Positions 62,298 through 64,000 of a DNA stretch of 64,000 nt are shown piece by piece; the stretch's first letter is position 1, and every line of letters begins with the position of its first letter. The stretch spans positions 192,001-256,000 of the forward strand of contig OY970303.1 in assembly GCA_963716255.1 (NCBI GenBank), read 5' to 3'. This DNA comes from an uncultured Gemmatimonadales bacterium (GTDB taxonomy: Bacteria > Gemmatimonadota > Gemmatimonadetes > Longimicrobiales > Longimicrobiaceae). A program made the translations under genes and the position numbers. The notes beneath the pieces were generated by a model that ran no database searches, was not told where the DNA came from, and saw only the letters and a program-made list of their open reading frames with translations.

Positions 62298-63248
62298 TCA
62301 CGCCGCGGGCAGCCCCGCGAGGGCGCGCAGGTGCTGCACGACGGCAAGTCCCGTCGCGGCGGGGTCGTAGCCGCCCTCCAGGACGGAGACCAGGCGGCCG
62401 CCGCAGAGGCGGTCGGCGGCTTCGCGGAGAAGGAGGGTGAGGCCGTGCACGTCGCGGGGGGCCACGGCGAGACCGCCGAGCGGGTCGCCGGCCAGGACGT
62501 CGAAGCCGGCGGACAGGAGGATCCACTCCGGGGCCCAGGCGGCGGCCTCGTCCAGGGCGGCGCGCAGGGCGGCGGCGAACTCCTCGCCGCCGGCGCCGGC
62601 CGGGACCGAAAAGGAGCGGAGCGAGGGCGGGGCGGCGGGGGCATCGCCGGCCAGCGCGGGCGCGGGGTGCTGGTGGATGGCGAGGACCCGGGTACCGGCG
62701 TCGGCGGCGAGGACCGCGCCGGTGCCCAGGGGGGCGCGGGCGCCCCAGTCCATCACCAGCACGCGGCCGGCGCCGCGGCGCTCGCGCAGGTGCCGCGCGG
62801 CGATGGCGACGCTGTTGAACAGCGAGTGCCCGCCCGCGCGGCCGGCGGCGGCGTCGCGCCCCGGCGGCCGCGCCGAGCAGAAGGCGTTGCGCGCCTCCCC
62901 CGCGAGCACCGTCTCCACGCCGGTGAGCGCCGCCCCGGCCGAAGCCACGGCGGCGTCCCAGGACGCGTCGGAGACCACCACGTCGGCCTGGAAGGGGACC
63001 GGGCGCCCCTCCGCCGCGGCGCGCGCGACGGCCTCCCGCACGGCCCGGACGTACGCCGGGGTGTGCGCCAGGAGGAGGTCGTCGTCCGTGGCGGGGACGG
63101 CCTCCACCTGCACCAGGTGGCCGTGCAGCGCCGGCATGTCGCGGTACACGGCGCGCACCAGCGCGGGGATGCGCCCCTGGTGGTCCGGGTGGCTCCACCC
63201 GGTGTCGTGCCGGGGGCTGTCGTGGTGGCTGACGAACGCGGTGCTCAT
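62298..63248 (-). CDS. Histone deacetylase-family protein with degenerate active site
   Basis: Fold motifs RPPG, LFN, SAGFD and LEGGY are present; RPPGHH is RPPGRD and DxDxHH is DWGARA. Confidence 0.85.
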   Translation of the reverse strand: MSTAFVSHHDSPRHDTGWSHPDHQGRIPALVRAVYRDMPALHGHLVQVEAVPATDDDLLLAHTPAYVRAVREAVARAAAEGRPVPFQADVVVSDASWDAAVASAGAALTGVETVLAGEARNAFCSARPPGRDAAAGRAGGHSLFNSVAIAARHLRERRGAGRVLVMDWGARAPLGTGAVLAADAGTRVLAIHQHPAPALAGDAPAAPPSLRSFSVPAGAGGEEFAAALRAALDEAAAWAPEWILLSAGFDVLAGDPLGGLAVAPRDVHGLTLLLREAADRLCGGRLVSVLEGGYDPAATGLAVVQHLRALAGLPAA

Positions 63249-63374
63249 TCGGAATCCGTGTGAATCGGGCGCCCTGCATCGTCAGCGAGGCGCTGAAGGC
63301 AAGGATGCCGTGCGGTTCTCCCCCTATTCCCCCGCTTGCGGGGGTGAGGGGGCCCACCCCAGCGGACGCCAGCG

Positions 63375-63410
63375 CGAAGCCCGACCCCGGCGCCAGCCGG
63401 GGGCACGCCC
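63375..63410 (-). repeat. Family A 5' fragment
   Basis: GGGCGTGCCCCCGGCTGGCGCCGGGGTCGGGCTTCG fused to the CGCTGGCGTCCGC element. Confidence 0.8.
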
Positions 63411-63480
63411 GAACCGGTCGTACCAAGCCGGACGGAGCGGAATCTACGGCGGAGCGCCCCGCGTGGGGAGCGGCCACGAA

Positions 63481-63518
63481 AAAAGCGGAGCCGGGAAAGA
63501 GTCCCCGGCTCCGCCTTC
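63481..63518 (-). terminator. Intrinsic terminator
   Basis: GCGGAGCCGGG..CCCGGCTCCGC with a T-tract on the minus strand. Confidence 0.7.
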
Positions 63519-63538
63519 ACCGATGAACGCCGCCGCGG

Positions 63539-64000
63539 CTACCGCAGCGGACAGTTGCGGTCGTTGAACTTCTTGAGGATGTACGTGGCCAGGTCGTACT
63601 TCCGGTAGCGGACCGCCGCCTGCACGATCTTCACGACCTGCTCCGGCGAGGGGCCGTAGGACACCTTGGGGTTCGCCGCGTTGAGCAGCGCCGCCACCGC
63701 CTCGCGCGCCAGGGCGTCATCCGCGTCGCCGCCCGGCTTCAGCGCGTCGAGCAGCGTGACGTTGGCGCCCACCAGGTTCACCCCGAACACCTGGTTGAAC
63801 TTCTGGCCGGTCTGGTAGCCCGTCCAGCTCCCCGTCTTCGACTTCCAGTAGCTGGCCGAGCAGCCGTTGACGCAGGGCCGCGAGTAGCCGTCCACCACGA
63901 TCTTGTCCCCGGCGAGGACGTGGTCGTGGTTGTCGGCCCACACCTTGACCACGTTGATGTAGATCCCCTTGCTCATCACGTCGGTGGGGCTGACCACCTG
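63539..64000 (-). CDS. C-terminus of a probable secreted protein (5' truncated)
   Basis: GCSASYWK and LAREAVAALLNA motifs. Confidence 0.65.
   Translation of the reverse strand, partial: QVVSPTDVMSKGIYINVVKVWADNHDHVLAGDKIVVDGYSRPCVNGCSASYWKSKTGSWTGYQTGQKFNQVFGVNLVGANVTLLDALKPGGDADDALAREAVAALLNAANPKVSYGPSPEQVVKIVQAAVRYRKYDLATYILKKFNDRNCPLR

Overview
Very GC-rich bacterial chromosome segment. The SusC/SusD style, the BNR protein and the plug-only lipoprotein suggest Gemmatimonadota (Longimicrobium-like); this is inference, not a database result. Left end: two paralogous SusC/SusD pairs flank a low-GC islet (secreted 4-Cys peptide, thioredoxin-like membrane protein, beta-propeller lipoprotein) and a non-canonical radical SAM gene. 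The rest is mostly housekeeping: ppk2, 3-hydroxyacyl-CoA dehydrogenase, thiolase, ftsH, amidase, pyrD, sugE, ilvE, hisZGD, hisIE, ilvA, M42 and M24 peptidases, fabF, a sigma-70 factor, prs, priA, a parDE toxin-antitoxin pair and two HNH nucleases. The strongest unexplained signal is intergenic. About 10 full copies of a ~130-nt multibranch element (family A, with Flavo-1-like ends as I recall that motif) show extensive compensatory base changes. A second family of 4 copies (D) shares with it a hairpin module (GAG/CTC, C.T mismatch, 6-bp variable stem, AAACNGCC loop). Other REP-like families are also present. Further observations: a promoter-to-terminator structured leader before an HNH gene, a catalytically degenerate HDAC-family protein, an internally deleted otsB and an orphan GvpL/F. 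No tRNA, rRNA, CRISPR array or transposase was seen.
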